64,000 nt of DNA from NCBI GenBank assembly GCA_964524005.1, contig CAZGBK010000001.1, positions 133,187 to 197,186 of the forward strand, in the 5' to 3' direction. The stretch is from an uncultured Enterobacteriaceae bacterium. GTDB lineage: Bacteria > Pseudomonadota > Gammaproteobacteria > Burkholderiales > UBA3065. The first letter of the stretch is position 1; every line of letters begins with the position of its first letter. The notes beneath the pieces are model-generated. The model was not told where the DNA came from. It searched no databases and worked only from the letters and a program-made list of their open reading frames with translations. Below, piece by piece: positions 22,163 to 32,054 of the stretch. Made by a program: the position numbers and the translations under genes.

Positions 22163-22504
22163 TCATGCCTCGAAAGCACTGCGCAGCCATTCGACGTGCT
22201 GCTGCTTGCCGCTCACCAAAATGACATCGAAGCGACAAGGCGGGAAACGCCCCAGTCGCATCAGGTAATGGCGCGCTGCCGCCTGCAAGCGGGCCTGTTT
22301 GGCCGCAGTGATGCTGGCCGCAGCACCACCGTAGCGATCGGAGCTGCGCTGACGCACTTCGACAAATACAAGCACCTCGGCGTCCGCACATACAAGGTCG
22401 ATCTCGCCCATGCGACACAAGTAGTTGCGCTGAAGCACCCGCAAACCTTGCCGCTGCAAGAACTCGGCAGCGAGCAACTCACCGGCCTGGCCACGGCGGT
22501 TCAC
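22163..22504 (-). CDS. yraN: YraN family (UPF0102) endonuclease-like protein
   Basis: 113 aa with GE.LA..FL...G, GEIDLV and VFVEV motifs. Divergent from rsmI. Confidence 0.85.
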   Translation of the reverse strand: MNRRGQAGELLAAEFLQRQGLRVLQRNYLCRMGEIDLVCADAEVLVFVEVRQRSSDRYGGAAASITAAKQARLQAAARHYLMRLGRFPPCRFDVILVSGKQQHVEWLRSAFEA

Positions 22505-22554
22505 AAGGCACTCCGCGGGCTGGCGTATAGTCGGCTCAGCATATAGACACTGCC

Positions 22555-23421
22555 ATGCCGGATACCCCCCTCTCCGCTCACGCTCTCCCCGCCGCGCTCT
22601 ACGTCGTCGCCACGCCGATCGGTAACCTGGCTGACATTACTTTGCGCGCGCTCGAGGTACTGCGGAACGTCGATCGCATCGCCTGTGAAGACACCCGGCA
22701 CACCCGAACGCTGTTGGCACATCACGGGATCACCACCCCGACCTTCGCCGCCCATCAGCACAACGAACGAGTTGTTGCAGACAAGATCACGGGCCTGCTT
22801 CGAGAAGACAAAGCCGTGGCGCTGGTCAGCGATGCCGGCACACCCGGCGTGTCGGACCCGGGTGCGCGGATCGTTAGCGCCGTTCGAGACGCTGGCTTGC
22901 CAGTGGTCGCGGTACCCGGCCCCTGCGCCTTGATCTGTGCGCTGTCGGCATCTGGTCTGGACGCCCCAACCGTCACCTTCGCCGGCTTTCTGCCGGCCCG
23001 CAGCGCCGCTCGCCGCAAGGCGCTCGAGGTTCTGGCCGCTACTCCGGGAGCGCTCGCGGTCTACGAGGCGCCACATCGCGTACTCGACACCCTCAGCGAC
23101 ATGGCCGACATACTTGGTGCAGATCGGCATTGCAGCATCGCTCGCGAACTGACGAAGCGCTTCGAAAACATCCACCGCCTGCGCCTTGGTGAAGCGGTGG
23201 CATGGCTACAGGCCGACCCAGACCGCCAGCGCGGCGAGTTCGTATTGCTGATCGAACCAGCAGTCGAGCGCACAACCAACGTGGCGGATGCCGATGTACT
23301 GATGCGGGTCCTCCTGCAGGAATTACCGCCCAACCAGGCGGCGCGGCTGGCCGCAAAAGCGACTGGCCTAGACCGGCAGACGCTCTACCGGCGCGCACTG
23401 GAACTGAGATCCGGGACGTGA
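22555..23421 (+). CDS. rsmI: 16S rRNA (cytidine1402-2'-O)-methyltransferase
   Basis: 288 aa tetrapyrrole-methylase fold (LYVVATPIGNLADIT, ACEDTRHT, SDAGTPGVSDPG). Confidence 0.92.
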   Translation: MPDTPLSAHALPAALYVVATPIGNLADITLRALEVLRNVDRIACEDTRHTRTLLAHHGITTPTFAAHQHNERVVADKITGLLREDKAVALVSDAGTPGVSDPGARIVSAVRDAGLPVVAVPGPCALICALSASGLDAPTVTFAGFLPARSAARRKALEVLAATPGALAVYEAPHRVLDTLSDMADILGADRHCSIARELTKRFENIHRLRLGEAVAWLQADPDRQRGEFVLLIEPAVERTTNVADADVLMRVLLQELPPNQAARLAAKATGLDRQTLYRRALELRSGT

Positions 23422-23499
23422 AACCCGAACGATGATGGCCGGTCGCAGCAGCATACGCATCGGCCAATCAGACACCCCCCAACCCAACAGGAGCCTTCT

Positions 23500-23898
23500 A
23501 TGGACATTCGCCGTGTGACCGAAGACATTGCGGTCAGCCCTCAGATCCACCCCGAGGAAATAGCCGCCGTGCAGGCGGCCGGCTTCGCCAGCATCGTCTG
23601 CAACCGCCCCGATGGCGAATCGCCCGATCAACCGAACTGGGCCGAGGTCGAGGCGGCCGCCCGCGCTGCCGGCCTGCAGTGCGCGGCGGTGCCAGTGAGC
23701 GGTGGTGGCATGACGCAGGCGCACGTCGATGCCATGCGACAAGCCATGGACACCCTGCCCAAGCCGGTGCTCGCGTACTGCCGCTCCGGCACCCGTTCGG
23801 TCACCCTGTGGGCGCTGTCGCAACGCCACCACATCGAACGCGACACGCTGATCGCCGCCGCGCGCAACGCCGGTTACGACCTCTCTGGAATACCCTGA
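23500..23898 (+). CDS. TIGR01244/DUF442 family phosphatase-like (sulfur-transferase-associated) protein
   Basis: 132 aa with [15 protein letters not shown] and the PTP-loop-like YCRSGTRS. Confidence 0.7.
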   Translation: MDIRRVTEDIAVSPQIHPEEIAAVQAAGFASIVCNRPDGESPDQPNWAEVEAAARAAGLQCAAVPVSGGGMTQAHVDAMRQAMDTLPKPVLAYCRSGTRSVTLWALSQRHHIERDTLIAAARNAGYDLSGIP

Positions 23899-23939
23899 TC
23901 AACGCGCCCTTGACCCGGCTGATGGGGCATTATCGAGCC

Positions 23940-24980
23940 ATGACCGACACCCTCACCCTGACCCGGCCCGACGATTGGCACCTGCACCTACGTGATGGCG
24001 CTGCGCTGGCCGCTGTGCTGCCCGACACCGCGCGCCAGTTCGCCCGCGCCATCGTCATGCCCAACCTGAAGCCGCCGGTGACCACCACCGCCCTGGCCGG
24101 CGCCTACCGCGAGCGCATCCTTGCCGCGCGGCCAGCGGGCAGCCGCTTCGAGCCGCTGATGACGCTGTACCTGACTGACCGCACACCCCCAGCCGAGATC
24201 GCCACCGCCAAAGCCAGCGGCTTCGTCCATGGCGTCAAGCTCTACCCGGCCGGGGCCACCACCAACTCGGATTCCGGGGTCACCGACATCCGCCATTGCG
24301 ATGAGACCATCGGCGAAATGGCCCGTCTGGGCATGCCGCTGCTCATTCACGGCGAGGTGACCGACGCCGAGATCGATGTCTTCGACCGCGAAGCGGTGTT
24401 CATCGACCGCATCCTCGGCCCGCTGCTGCAGCGCCACCCCACCCTGCGCGTGGTGTTCGAGCACATCACCACGCGCGACGCCGCGCAGTTCGTGGCGCAA
24501 GCCGGGCCAAATGTGGCCGCGACCATCACCGCGCACCACCTGCTCTACAATCGCAATGCACTGTTCCAGGGCGGCATCCGCCCGCACAACTACTGCCTGC
24601 CGGTGCTCAAGCGCGAGGTGCATCGGGCGGCGCTGGTCGAGGCCGCAATCAGCGGTGACCCCAAGTTCTTCCTGGGCACCGACAGCGCCCCGCACACCCG
24701 CCACAGCAAAGAGTCCGACTGCGGCTGTGCTGGCTGCTACACCGCGTTGACCGCGCTTGAGCTGTATGCCGAAGTCTTCGAGACAGCGGGGGCGCTGGGC
24801 CGGCTGGAGGCGTTTGCCAGCCACTTCGGCCCAGATTTCTACCGACTACCGCGCAACACCAGCACCATCAGCTTGCGCCGCGAAGCCTACCTGGTGCCGA
24901 CCGATCTACCTTATGGCCCCGGCAGCGACCGCCTGGTGCCGTTCCGCGCCGGTGAGACGCTGGCTTGGCGGTTGATCTGA
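23940..24980 (+). CDS. pyrC: Dihydroorotase, homodimeric type
   Basis: [11 protein letters not shown] metal-binding motif, [20 protein letters not shown]. Start chosen at ATG 23940; the ORF extends upstream to 23679 over the previous gene. Confidence 0.92.
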   Translation: MTDTLTLTRPDDWHLHLRDGAALAAVLPDTARQFARAIVMPNLKPPVTTTALAGAYRERILAARPAGSRFEPLMTLYLTDRTPPAEIATAKASGFVHGVKLYPAGATTNSDSGVTDIRHCDETIGEMARLGMPLLIHGEVTDAEIDVFDREAVFIDRILGPLLQRHPTLRVVFEHITTRDAAQFVAQAGPNVAATITAHHLLYNRNALFQGGIRPHNYCLPVLKREVHRAALVEAAISGDPKFFLGTDSAPHTRHSKESDCGCAGCYTALTALELYAEVFETAGALGRLEAFASHFGPDFYRLPRNTSTISLRREAYLVPTDLPYGPGSDRLVPFRAGETLAWRLI

Positions 24981-25060
24981 CAGCTCCATCACCGGTCCAG
25001 CGGCTGGCCCAGAACCCAGGCGAGGATCGCGGTGCCGCTTAGAGTCTGGCTTGACACCCC

Positions 25061-25069
25061 TGTTAAGAT
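25061..25069 (+). promoter_or_regulatory. Candidate extended -10 promoter (TGtTAAGAT) for rnpB
   Basis: TGnTAAGAT ends about 7-9 nt before the predicted 5' end of the RNase P RNA. Confidence 0.35.
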
Positions 25070-25075
25070 GACAGG

Positions 25076-25447
25076 GTGAAGTTGGCCAGACAGTCGCTGT
25101 ACGGTTCACCGTATGGAGGAAAGTCCGGGCTCCGCAGAGCAGGATGCCGGCTAACGGCCGGACGCCGTGAGGCGATGGACAGGGCAACAGAAAGCAAACC
25201 GCCGAAGCGCCCGCAAGGGCGCTGGCAAGGGTGAAATGGTGCGGTAAGAGCGCACCGCGGACGTGGCAACACGGACGGCACGGTAACCCCCATCCGGAGC
25301 AAGGCCAAATAGGGACGCTATGGTGTGGCTCGCACCGCGTCCGGGTAGGCTGCTCGAGCCGGTCAGTAATGGCCGGCCCAGATGAATGACTGTCAGCGAC
25401 GGGCAACCGCCGCCCACAGAACCCGGCTTATCGGCCAACTTCACCCT
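25076..25447 (+). ncRNA. rnpB: RNase P RNA, bacterial type A
   Basis: Near-collinear with E. coli M1 RNA: GAAGTTGGCCAGACAGTCGC 5' end, GAGGAAAGTCCGGGCTCC, ACAGAAAGCAAACCGCC, GGTAAGAGCGCACCGCG, AGCAAGGCCAAATAGGG, GGGTAGGCTGCTCGAGCC, AGATGAATGACTGTC, ACAGAACCCGGCTTATCGGCCAACTTCACCC. The P1 helix pairs the two ends. End coordinates are good to a few nt. Confidence 0.95.
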
Positions 25448-25623
25448 TCCCCCACCCCCGACCACCGCACTCAACAGCCCCGAGCTAGCCACGCCCGGCG
25501 AGCCGTCATGCTTAGTGCATATATCAGAAATATTCCGTATCCCCATGTTTCTCTTGGCCTTTTAATTTTACCGATATATCCGCCTAAGGTACTGTCAGGA
25601 AAGAAGATTTCGCGCTTACGACC

Positions 25624-25653
25624 TTGACCCAGGGCGAGGCCGTCCCTTATAGT
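25624..25653 (+). promoter_or_regulatory. Sigma70-type promoter of the dcw cluster (Pmra): TTGACC-18 nt-TATAGT
   Basis: -35 TTGACC at 25624-25629 and -10 TATAGT at 25648-25653, about 70 nt upstream of the mraZ ATG. Confidence 0.5.
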
Positions 25654-25686
25654 GGGGAGAAGTGGTGTTAGGTGGAGTTTTGTGGG
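25652..25686 (+). promoter_or_regulatory. Putative MraZ operator: four GTGG(G/T/A) direct repeats in exact 10-bp register
   Basis: GTGG begins at 25652, 25662, 25672 and 25682. The first repeat overlaps the -10 hexamer. Confidence 0.55.
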
Positions 25687-25723
25687 TCTCCGCCGGCCAC
25701 ATCGTCACAGGGTCGGGGGCGAG

Positions 25724-26164
25724 ATGTTTCGTGGGCTGACAAAGCTCAATCTGGACAACAAGGGGCGTCTGGTCATGCCGGCCAGACACCGCGCGACCCT
25801 GCTCAGCGAATCCGAGGGCAAGGTCATCGTCACGCTCGACCCGACCGGCTGCCTGATCCTCTACCCGCTACGCGAGTGGGCACCGGTCGAAGCGCAGTTC
25901 CAGCGGATCGGCATGGATCCAGCGGCGATTGCTCTAAAACGCCTGATCATTGGCCACGCCGAGGAGCTCGAGCTCGATGGCAACGGCCGTGTGCTGCTGC
26001 CCCCGGTGCTGCGCGAGATCGCCCACTTGGAAAAGACGGTGATGCTGGTCGGCCAGGGCAACAAGCTCGAGCTCTGGTCCGAGACTGGCTGGGACCGCGA
26101 GCGCGAACGCACCCTCACCCTGCCGGTCAGCGAGTGGCCGGCTGGGCTCGATTTCGTCTTGTGA
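25724..26164 (+). CDS. mraZ: Transcriptional regulator MraZ
   Basis: MFRG....LD.KGR...P tandem SpoVT/AbrB-like halves. First gene of the dcw cluster. Confidence 0.93.
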   Translation: MFRGLTKLNLDNKGRLVMPARHRATLLSESEGKVIVTLDPTGCLILYPLREWAPVEAQFQRIGMDPAAIALKRLIIGHAEELELDGNGRVLLPPVLREIAHLEKTVMLVGQGNKLELWSETGWDRERERTLTLPVSEWPAGLDFVL

Positions 26165-27093
26165 CGCAGCGCCATGTCCCGGTCCTGCTCGAAGAAGCCG
26201 TTCACGCCCTGGCGATCCGGCCCGACGGCATCTACGTCGACGCGACCTTTGGCCGTGGTGGCCACAGCCGCGCCATCCTCGCGCGGCTGGGGACTGGTGG
26301 ACGCCTGCTGGCGCTCGATCGAGATCCGACCGCAGTGGCGGCGGCAGCCGACATCGCCGACCCACGCTTTCGTATTGTCCACGCGCCGTTCTCGGAACTG
26401 GCCAAGGTCCTGCACGAACACGGCATCGAGCACATCGACGGCTTGTTGCTCGACCTTGGCGTCTCGTCACCGCAGCTCGACACAGCCGAGCGCGGTTTCA
26501 GCTTTCGCCACGATGGCCCGCTCGACATGCGCATGGACCCGACGCGCGGACCGAGCGCGGCTGAATGGCTTTCGGAGGTAGACGAACATGAGCTGGCACA
26601 GGTCATCCGCGACTACGGAGAAGAGCGGTTTGCTCGGCAGGTTGCACGCGCGATTGTCCAGGCGCGCGCGGTCGCTCCGCTCGAGCGCACCCGGGAACTC
26701 GCGCAGGTCATCGCAACGGCGGTACGCAAGCGCGAACCCGGCCAGGACCCAGCCACCCGCACCTTTCAGGCCATACGCATTCACCTCAACCGCGAATTCG
26801 AGGAACTGGAAGCGGCCCTTCATCAGGGCCTGCAACACCTTGCACCTGGAGGACGACTGGTGGCCATCACGTTCCACTCGCTGGAAGATCGGATCGTGAA
26901 GCGGTTCATCCGGGACCACAGCACGGTACCGGACCACCTCGCGCGGCTGCCGCTGCGCGAGGACCAATTGCCGCCGCGAGCGTTGGCGCCGATTGGCCGG
27001 GCGGCGCGCGCCAGCGCCGCCGAGGTGGCCGCCAACCCGCGCGCGCGCAGCGCCCATCTACGCGTCGCCGAGCGAACCCCATGCCCGCTCTGA
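26161..27093 (+). CDS. rsmH: 16S rRNA (cytosine1402-N4)-methyltransferase
   Basis: [31 protein letters not shown] start overlaps the mraZ stop (GTGA). Confidence 0.93.
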   Translation: MTQRHVPVLLEEAVHALAIRPDGIYVDATFGRGGHSRAILARLGTGGRLLALDRDPTAVAAAADIADPRFRIVHAPFSELAKVLHEHGIEHIDGLLLDLGVSSPQLDTAERGFSFRHDGPLDMRMDPTRGPSAAEWLSEVDEHELAQVIRDYGEERFARQVARAIVQARAVAPLERTRELAQVIATAVRKREPGQDPATRTFQAIRIHLNREFEELEAALHQGLQHLAPGGRLVAITFHSLEDRIVKRFIRDHSTVPDHLARLPLREDQLPPRALAPIGRAARASAAEVAANPRARSAHLRVAERTPCPL

Positions 27094-27341
27094 ACCTGTG
27101 GCTGCTCGCCGCCGTCGTGCTCAGCGCGCTGGCTGTTGTACTGACCCAGCACGAGGCGCGCAAGCTCTACATTCGCGGCCACGAGATCCACGATCAGACT
27201 CGCCAGCTTGAACTTGAACGCACCCAGTTGCAGCTCGAGCGCAGCACCTTATCGGCCCACGCCCGCGTCGAACAGATCGCCCGCGATCGCTTGGATATGG
27301 CCATTCCAACTGGCCAGCAGGTGCGGATCCTGCAGCCATGA
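27081..27341 (+). CDS. ftsL: Cell division protein FtsL
   Basis: 86 aa with one TM helix followed by a coiled-coil. Lies between rsmH and ftsI. Confidence 0.85.
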   Translation: MPALNLWLLAAVVLSALAVVLTQHEARKLYIRGHEIHDQTRQLELERTQLQLERSTLSAHARVEQIARDRLDMAIPTGQQVRILQP

Positions 27342-29116
27342 ACAACAAGCACCCCGCCCTGGCTCTGCGCCTGAAGCCCTGGCGAGCCAACTTTGTGTTG
27401 GGTCTGTTCGGCCTGGCACTCACTGGTCTGCTTGCACGTGCCGCCTGGCTGGCCAGTGTCGACAACGAGTTCCTGCAGGCCGAAAGCCAACGCCGGGTGC
27501 AGACCGCGGTGGACATCCCCGCCCACCGCGGGCAGATCGTCGACCGCAACGGCGCGCCGCTGGCGGTGAGCGTGCAGATGACGTCGATCGCGGTCGATCC
27601 GCGCAACGTCAACATCAACCCGCAGCGACGCGCCGAATTGGCCAAAGCACTCGAAGTGCCCCTCGAGCGCCTTGATGCCCAGCTTGACGACCGATCACGC
27701 GGCTTTGTCTATCTGCGCCGCCAGCTGACCCCGGAACACGCGCGTCGGGTGCGCGAGCTGCGCATCCGCGGGCTGGTCTACGAGAGCGACTTCCGTCGCT
27801 TCTACCCGGCCGGCGAAGAGGCGGGTCACCTGGTCGGCTTCACCGGACGCGAAGGCCGTCGCAACGATGCCGGCCGCGCCGGTGTCGAGCGCGTCTTCGA
27901 CGATGCCTTGGGCGGTATCGACGGCCGCCGGTTCGGTCTGCGTGACAGCGGCGGGCGTATCGTCGACGACGCTGGCAACATGCTGCCACCGCGCCACGGC
28001 AGCGACCTGACTCTGGCCATGGATCGCGAGTTGCAGTACATCGCCTACCGCGAGCTGAAGAAAGCGGTGACGCACCACAAGGCCTCGGGCGGCGGCATCG
28101 TCATGCTCGACGTGCGCAGCGGCGAGGTGGTGGCGATGGCCAACTACCCGGGCTACAACCCCAACAGTGACGAGCGCGCCGACCCTGATCGAACCCGCAA
28201 CCGGACCGCCATCGACCTGTTCGAACCCGGCTCAACGATGAAAGCGTTCACCACCGCGATCGCGCTGGAGGAGGGCGTCGTCAAGCCTGACACCCCGATC
28301 GAAATCGGCGACGGCACATTTCGCATCGGCAAGCACGTGATCCGCGACACCCACCCCGATGCTCGCGTGATGACGGTAGCGCAGGTCATGCAAAAGTCCA
28401 GCAATGTCGGTTCGATCCGCATGGCGCTACAGACGCCGCGCTCGCGGCACTGGGAATACCTGCGCCAGTTCGGCTTTGGCAGTACGCCGGGAACTGGTTT
28501 CCCTGGCGAGGTCAGCGGCCAGCTGCGCCCCTGGCAGAACTGGCAGCCTGTTGATCAAGTGACGCTGTCTTATGGGCACGGCGTGGCCGTGAGTCTGCTG
28601 CAGCTGGCGCGCGCCTATCTGCCGTTCGCACGCGATGGCGACATCATCCCGGTCAGCCTTCTGCGCACCGACACGCCACCGCAGGGTCAGCGCGTGATCT
28701 CGCCCGAGACCGCCCGCCAGGTGCGCGAGATGCTTGAATCTGTGACGCAGCCAGGGGGTACCGCCACGCGTGCGGCGCTGCCTGCCTACCGCACCGCTGG
28801 CAAGACCGGCACTGCGCGCAAGATCCGCGCCGAGGGCGGCTATCACCCGAACCGCTATATCGGCTCATTCGTTGGCTTTGCGCCGGTCAGCCAGCCGCGC
28901 TACCTGATCGCCGTGATGATCGACGACCCTCGCAGTGGCGGCTTCTACGGCGGCCTGGTCGCGGCGCCGGTGTTTGGTGCAGTGATGGGCGAGGCGCTGC
29001 GCCTGAATGGCGTGCCACCGGATGCCGCGCCCCCGGTCTGGGCGACCCGACCGCGCCAGCCGGGCGCCGACACCCTTGCCCAGGCAAGTGCCGAACCGGT
29101 CGGAGTGAACCGATGA
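27338..29116 (+). CDS. ftsI: Peptidoglycan D,D-transpeptidase FtsI (PBP3)
   Basis: 592 aa. N-terminal TM helix; transpeptidase motifs STMK, SSN, KTGT. Confidence 0.93.
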   Translation: MNNKHPALALRLKPWRANFVLGLFGLALTGLLARAAWLASVDNEFLQAESQRRVQTAVDIPAHRGQIVDRNGAPLAVSVQMTSIAVDPRNVNINPQRRAELAKALEVPLERLDAQLDDRSRGFVYLRRQLTPEHARRVRELRIRGLVYESDFRRFYPAGEEAGHLVGFTGREGRRNDAGRAGVERVFDDALGGIDGRRFGLRDSGGRIVDDAGNMLPPRHGSDLTLAMDRELQYIAYRELKKAVTHHKASGGGIVMLDVRSGEVVAMANYPGYNPNSDERADPDRTRNRTAIDLFEPGSTMKAFTTAIALEEGVVKPDTPIEIGDGTFRIGKHVIRDTHPDARVMTVAQVMQKSSNVGSIRMALQTPRSRHWEYLRQFGFGSTPGTGFPGEVSGQLRPWQNWQPVDQVTLSYGHGVAVSLLQLARAYLPFARDGDIIPVSLLRTDTPPQGQRVISPETARQVREMLESVTQPGGTATRAALPAYRTAGKTGTARKIRAEGGYHPNRYIGSFVGFAPVSQPRYLIAVMIDDPRSGGFYGGLVAAPVFGAVMGEALRLNGVPPDAAPPVWATRPRQPGADTLAQASAEPVGVNR

Positions 29117-30621
29117 CGCCTGCCGCCCGCACTCCCACACCCCCGACCGGCCGCCCCGACTTCGATCGGGGCTTCGTCCATACCATGGGCCTGATCGACC
29201 GTCGCCTCTGTACCGACAGCCGCTTGGTGCGTCCGGGCGACGTATTCGCTGCAGTGCCCGGACATCGAGTCGACGGGCGTGACTTTGTCGGCCATGCTGT
29301 CCAGGCTGGGGCGAGCGCAGTACTGTGGGACCCTAGCGGCCGGCCGCCGATGCGCTTTGACGATCTGCCGGTGCCGCACATGGCAGTCCCCGAGCTCAAC
29401 TGGCGGCTGGGCTGGATCGCCGCTGAAATGGCGCGACACCCCAGCGCCAGCCTCTGGACCATCGGCATCACCGGCACCAACGGCAAGACCAGCTGTAGTC
29501 ACTGGTTGGCGCAAGCCTTGAGCGCATGCGGCACCCCATGCGGGCGGATTGGTACGCTGGGCTACGGCATCGATACCCTGTCGCCGCTGGCCAACACCAC
29601 ACCCGACGGGGGCCGTCTACAAGAGATCTTGGCAGAGCTGCGCAACGCTGGCGCTACTGCGGTGGCCATGGAAGTCTCGAGCCACGCACTGGCAGAGGGT
29701 CGCGTCCACGGTGTCGCGTTCGACGTCGCCGTATTCACCAACCTGACACGGGACCACCTCGACTATCACGGCACGCTCGAAGCCTATGGCGCCGCCAAGG
29801 AACGCCTGTTCCACTGGGATGGCCTGCAACATGCGGTGATCGTCACCGACGCCGATTTCGGCCTGCACTTGGCCGGCCGGATCGATCACAACCGCACACA
29901 GGTGCTGACAGCCGGTCGACGCGGCGACGTGCGCGTCAGTCAGGTTCAGTGTTCGGCCGAAGGCGTGGCGTGCCGCCTCGATACGCCGTGGGGCGCCGTC
30001 GAGATGCGGTCGGGTCTGATCGGGCGCTTCAATGTGGACAATCTGGCCTGCGTGGCGGCAACGCTTTTGGTGTCAGGCGTACCGCTAGGCCGCATAGCTG
30101 AGGCCATCGCCGCGCTGACGCCGGTACCCGGGCGCATGCAGGTCCTGCGTCGCGATGGCGCCCCCACCGTCGTGGTCGACTACGCACACACCCCGGATGC
30201 TCTAGGACAAGCACTCGCGAGCCTGCGCGAGGGACTGCCGACCAACCACCGACTGCACTGCGTGTTCGGCTGTGGCGGCGACCGCGACCCGGGCAAGCGC
30301 GCCGCGATGGGTGCTGTGGCGGCAAAGCTCGCAGACGTGGTGACGTTGACCAGCGACAATCCGCGCTCGGAGGATCCCGACGCGATCATCGCCACCATAT
30401 CGGCAGGCATCCCAGCCAGCGCCGACGCCACCTTGCATACCGAGCCCGATCGTGCCAGCGCCATCGCCCACGCGATCCAAGGCGCGGCTGCAGGCGATGT
30501 CGTTCTGCTGGCTGGCAAGGGACATGAAACCTGGCAAGAGATCGCTGGCCGCAGACTGCCGTTCAGTGATGCTGAGCACGCCCGTGCGGCGCTCGATGTC
30601 TGGACCGGGGCCCGTGCATGA
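29113..30621 (+). CDS. murE: UDP-N-acetylmuramoyl-L-alanyl-D-glutamate--2,6-diaminopimelate ligase
   Basis: Mur ligase with GITGTNGKTS P-loop and a DNPR motif. Position in the dcw cluster. Confidence 0.92.
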   Translation: MTPAARTPTPPTGRPDFDRGFVHTMGLIDRRLCTDSRLVRPGDVFAAVPGHRVDGRDFVGHAVQAGASAVLWDPSGRPPMRFDDLPVPHMAVPELNWRLGWIAAEMARHPSASLWTIGITGTNGKTSCSHWLAQALSACGTPCGRIGTLGYGIDTLSPLANTTPDGGRLQEILAELRNAGATAVAMEVSSHALAEGRVHGVAFDVAVFTNLTRDHLDYHGTLEAYGAAKERLFHWDGLQHAVIVTDADFGLHLAGRIDHNRTQVLTAGRRGDVRVSQVQCSAEGVACRLDTPWGAVEMRSGLIGRFNVDNLACVAATLLVSGVPLGRIAEAIAALTPVPGRMQVLRRDGAPTVVVDYAHTPDALGQALASLREGLPTNHRLHCVFGCGGDRDPGKRAAMGAVAAKLADVVTLTSDNPRSEDPDAIIATISAGIPASADATLHTEPDRASAIAHAIQGAAAGDVVLLAGKGHETWQEIAGRRLPFSDAEHARAALDVWTGARA

Positions 30622-32054
30622 ACGCCGCCCGCTTCCGCCTGGCGACCCTCGCCGCCGATTGCGGTGGCCGACTTGTCGGGACCGACCGCGATATCGCCCG
30701 TGTGCATACCGACACCCGCAGCCTCGCCACCGGCGACTTGTTCGTCGCCCTGCGGGGCGAACGGTTCGATGGCAACACCTTCGCGGCACAAGCGCTGCAG
30801 GCGGGTGCGGCGGCGGCGCTGGTCGAGCGCGATGACGCACTGCCGCCCGGTACGAGCGGCATCGTCGTGGCGGATAGCCGCGTGGCACTGGCGGCCATGG
30901 CCCGCGCCCACCGCCTGCGCATCGCGCCGCTGGTGCTGGGCGTGACGGGCAGCAATGGCAAGACCACGGTCAAGGAGATGCTCGCGAGCATCCTGCGCTG
31001 CGCGCATGGGGACGCCGCCGTACTCGCCACCGAAGGCAATCTGAACAACGATATCGGCCTGCCGCTCACGCTGCTGCGCCTCGAGCCGGCACACCGGTAC
31101 GCCGTGTGCGAGATGGGCATGAACCACGCTGGCGAGATCGCCCGGCTGTGCGCGATCGCCGTGCCAGATATCGGCGTCGTGAACAACGCCGGCACCGCGC
31201 ATCTGGAGAATCTTGGCTCGCTCGAGGGCATCGCCCGGGCCAAGGGCGAACTGGTCGAGGGGCTGGCAGCGACCGGTACTGCGGTGCTACCACAGACCGA
31301 CCGCTGGCTGCCGCTGTGGCAACAGTTGGCCGGCGCGAGGGACACGCTGCGCTTTGGCCTGGACCCTGCTGCCGAGCTGGTCGGCGAGGTGCTCCCTGAT
31401 GGCACGCTGCGGCTTCGCCACGGCGACAGCCGCGCGAGCTGCCATTTGTCGACCCCGGGCACACACAACGCCCACAACGCCTGCGCGGCAATCGCCGCCG
31501 CCCTGGTGGCCGGCGTCTCGCTGACACAAGCGGCTCTGGCGCTGGAAGGCTTTGGCGGGACCCGCGGGCGCTTGCAAAGCAAGCGGTCGGCCAGTGGCGC
31601 GATCGTGATCGACGACACCTACAACGCCAATCCGGACTCGGCCAAGGCCGCTATCGCCGTGTTAGCGGCCACCCCAGCGCCACGCATTCTGGTGTTGGGC
31701 GATATGGGCGAACTTGGTCCCGATGCCGCAGCCATGCACCACGAGGTGGGGGCCGCGGCGCGTGCTGCTGGTCTGGAGACACTGTTCGCCTTGGGCGAGC
31801 TGTCGCAGCAAACAGTTACGGGTTTCGGTACAGGCGGGGCCCACTTTGGCAGCCATGCCGAGCTGATCGATGCCCTGCGCGAACGCCTCACTCCCAACAC
31901 CACGGTTTTGGTCAAAGGCTCGCGCTTTATGCGCATGGAGCAGGTGGTCGATGCGCTGACGGCACCCGCTGGCGCGATGGTCAGCCCCAAGGCCATGGCC
32001 AGTGGCGCAGGCCAGACGCCGCGCGACCCGCGCAAGGAGTCCGCATGCTGCTGA
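30618..32054 (+). CDS. murF: UDP-N-acetylmuramoyl-tripeptide--D-alanyl-D-alanine ligase
   Basis: Mur ligase with [10 protein letters not shown]. Position after murE; ATGA overlap. Confidence 0.92.
   Translation: MNAARFRLATLAADCGGRLVGTDRDIARVHTDTRSLATGDLFVALRGERFDGNTFAAQALQAGAAAALVERDDALPPGTSGIVVADSRVALAAMARAHRLRIAPLVLGVTGSNGKTTVKEMLASILRCAHGDAAVLATEGNLNNDIGLPLTLLRLEPAHRYAVCEMGMNHAGEIARLCAIAVPDIGVVNNAGTAHLENLGSLEGIARAKGELVEGLAATGTAVLPQTDRWLPLWQQLAGARDTLRFGLDPAAELVGEVLPDGTLRLRHGDSRASCHLSTPGTHNAHNACAAIAAALVAGVSLTQAALALEGFGGTRGRLQSKRSASGAIVIDDTYNANPDSAKAAIAVLAATPAPRILVLGDMGELGPDAAAMHHEVGAAARAAGLETLFALGELSQQTVTGFGTGGAHFGSHAELIDALRERLTPNTTVLVKGSRFMRMEQVVDALTAPAGAMVSPKAMASGAGQTPRDPRKESACC

Noticed and set aside
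25051-25056. TTGACA hexamer as the -35 box of the rnpB promoter.
   Set aside because: It lies only 7 nt upstream of the TAAGAT -10 candidate, which is far from the 16-18 nt optimum. The TG-extended -10 reading is more consistent with the predicted RNA 5' end.
24906-25627. ORFs 24906-25406(-), 25063-25308(-), 25151-25546(-) and 25382-25627(+).
   Set aside because: They overlap the RNase P RNA gene, whose identity is unambiguous from the conserved universal motifs.
25672-27093. Long upstream in-frame extensions of real genes: rsmH from 25672, pyrC from 23679, murG from 35445, ddl from 37396, mgdD from 55292, mgsA from 52811, uvrA from 18855 and ssb from 20057.
   Set aside because: The extensions overlap the preceding well-supported genes and have Arg/Pro-rich junk composition. 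Internal starts give canonical N-termini, usually with an SD or an ATGA/TAATG coupling signal.
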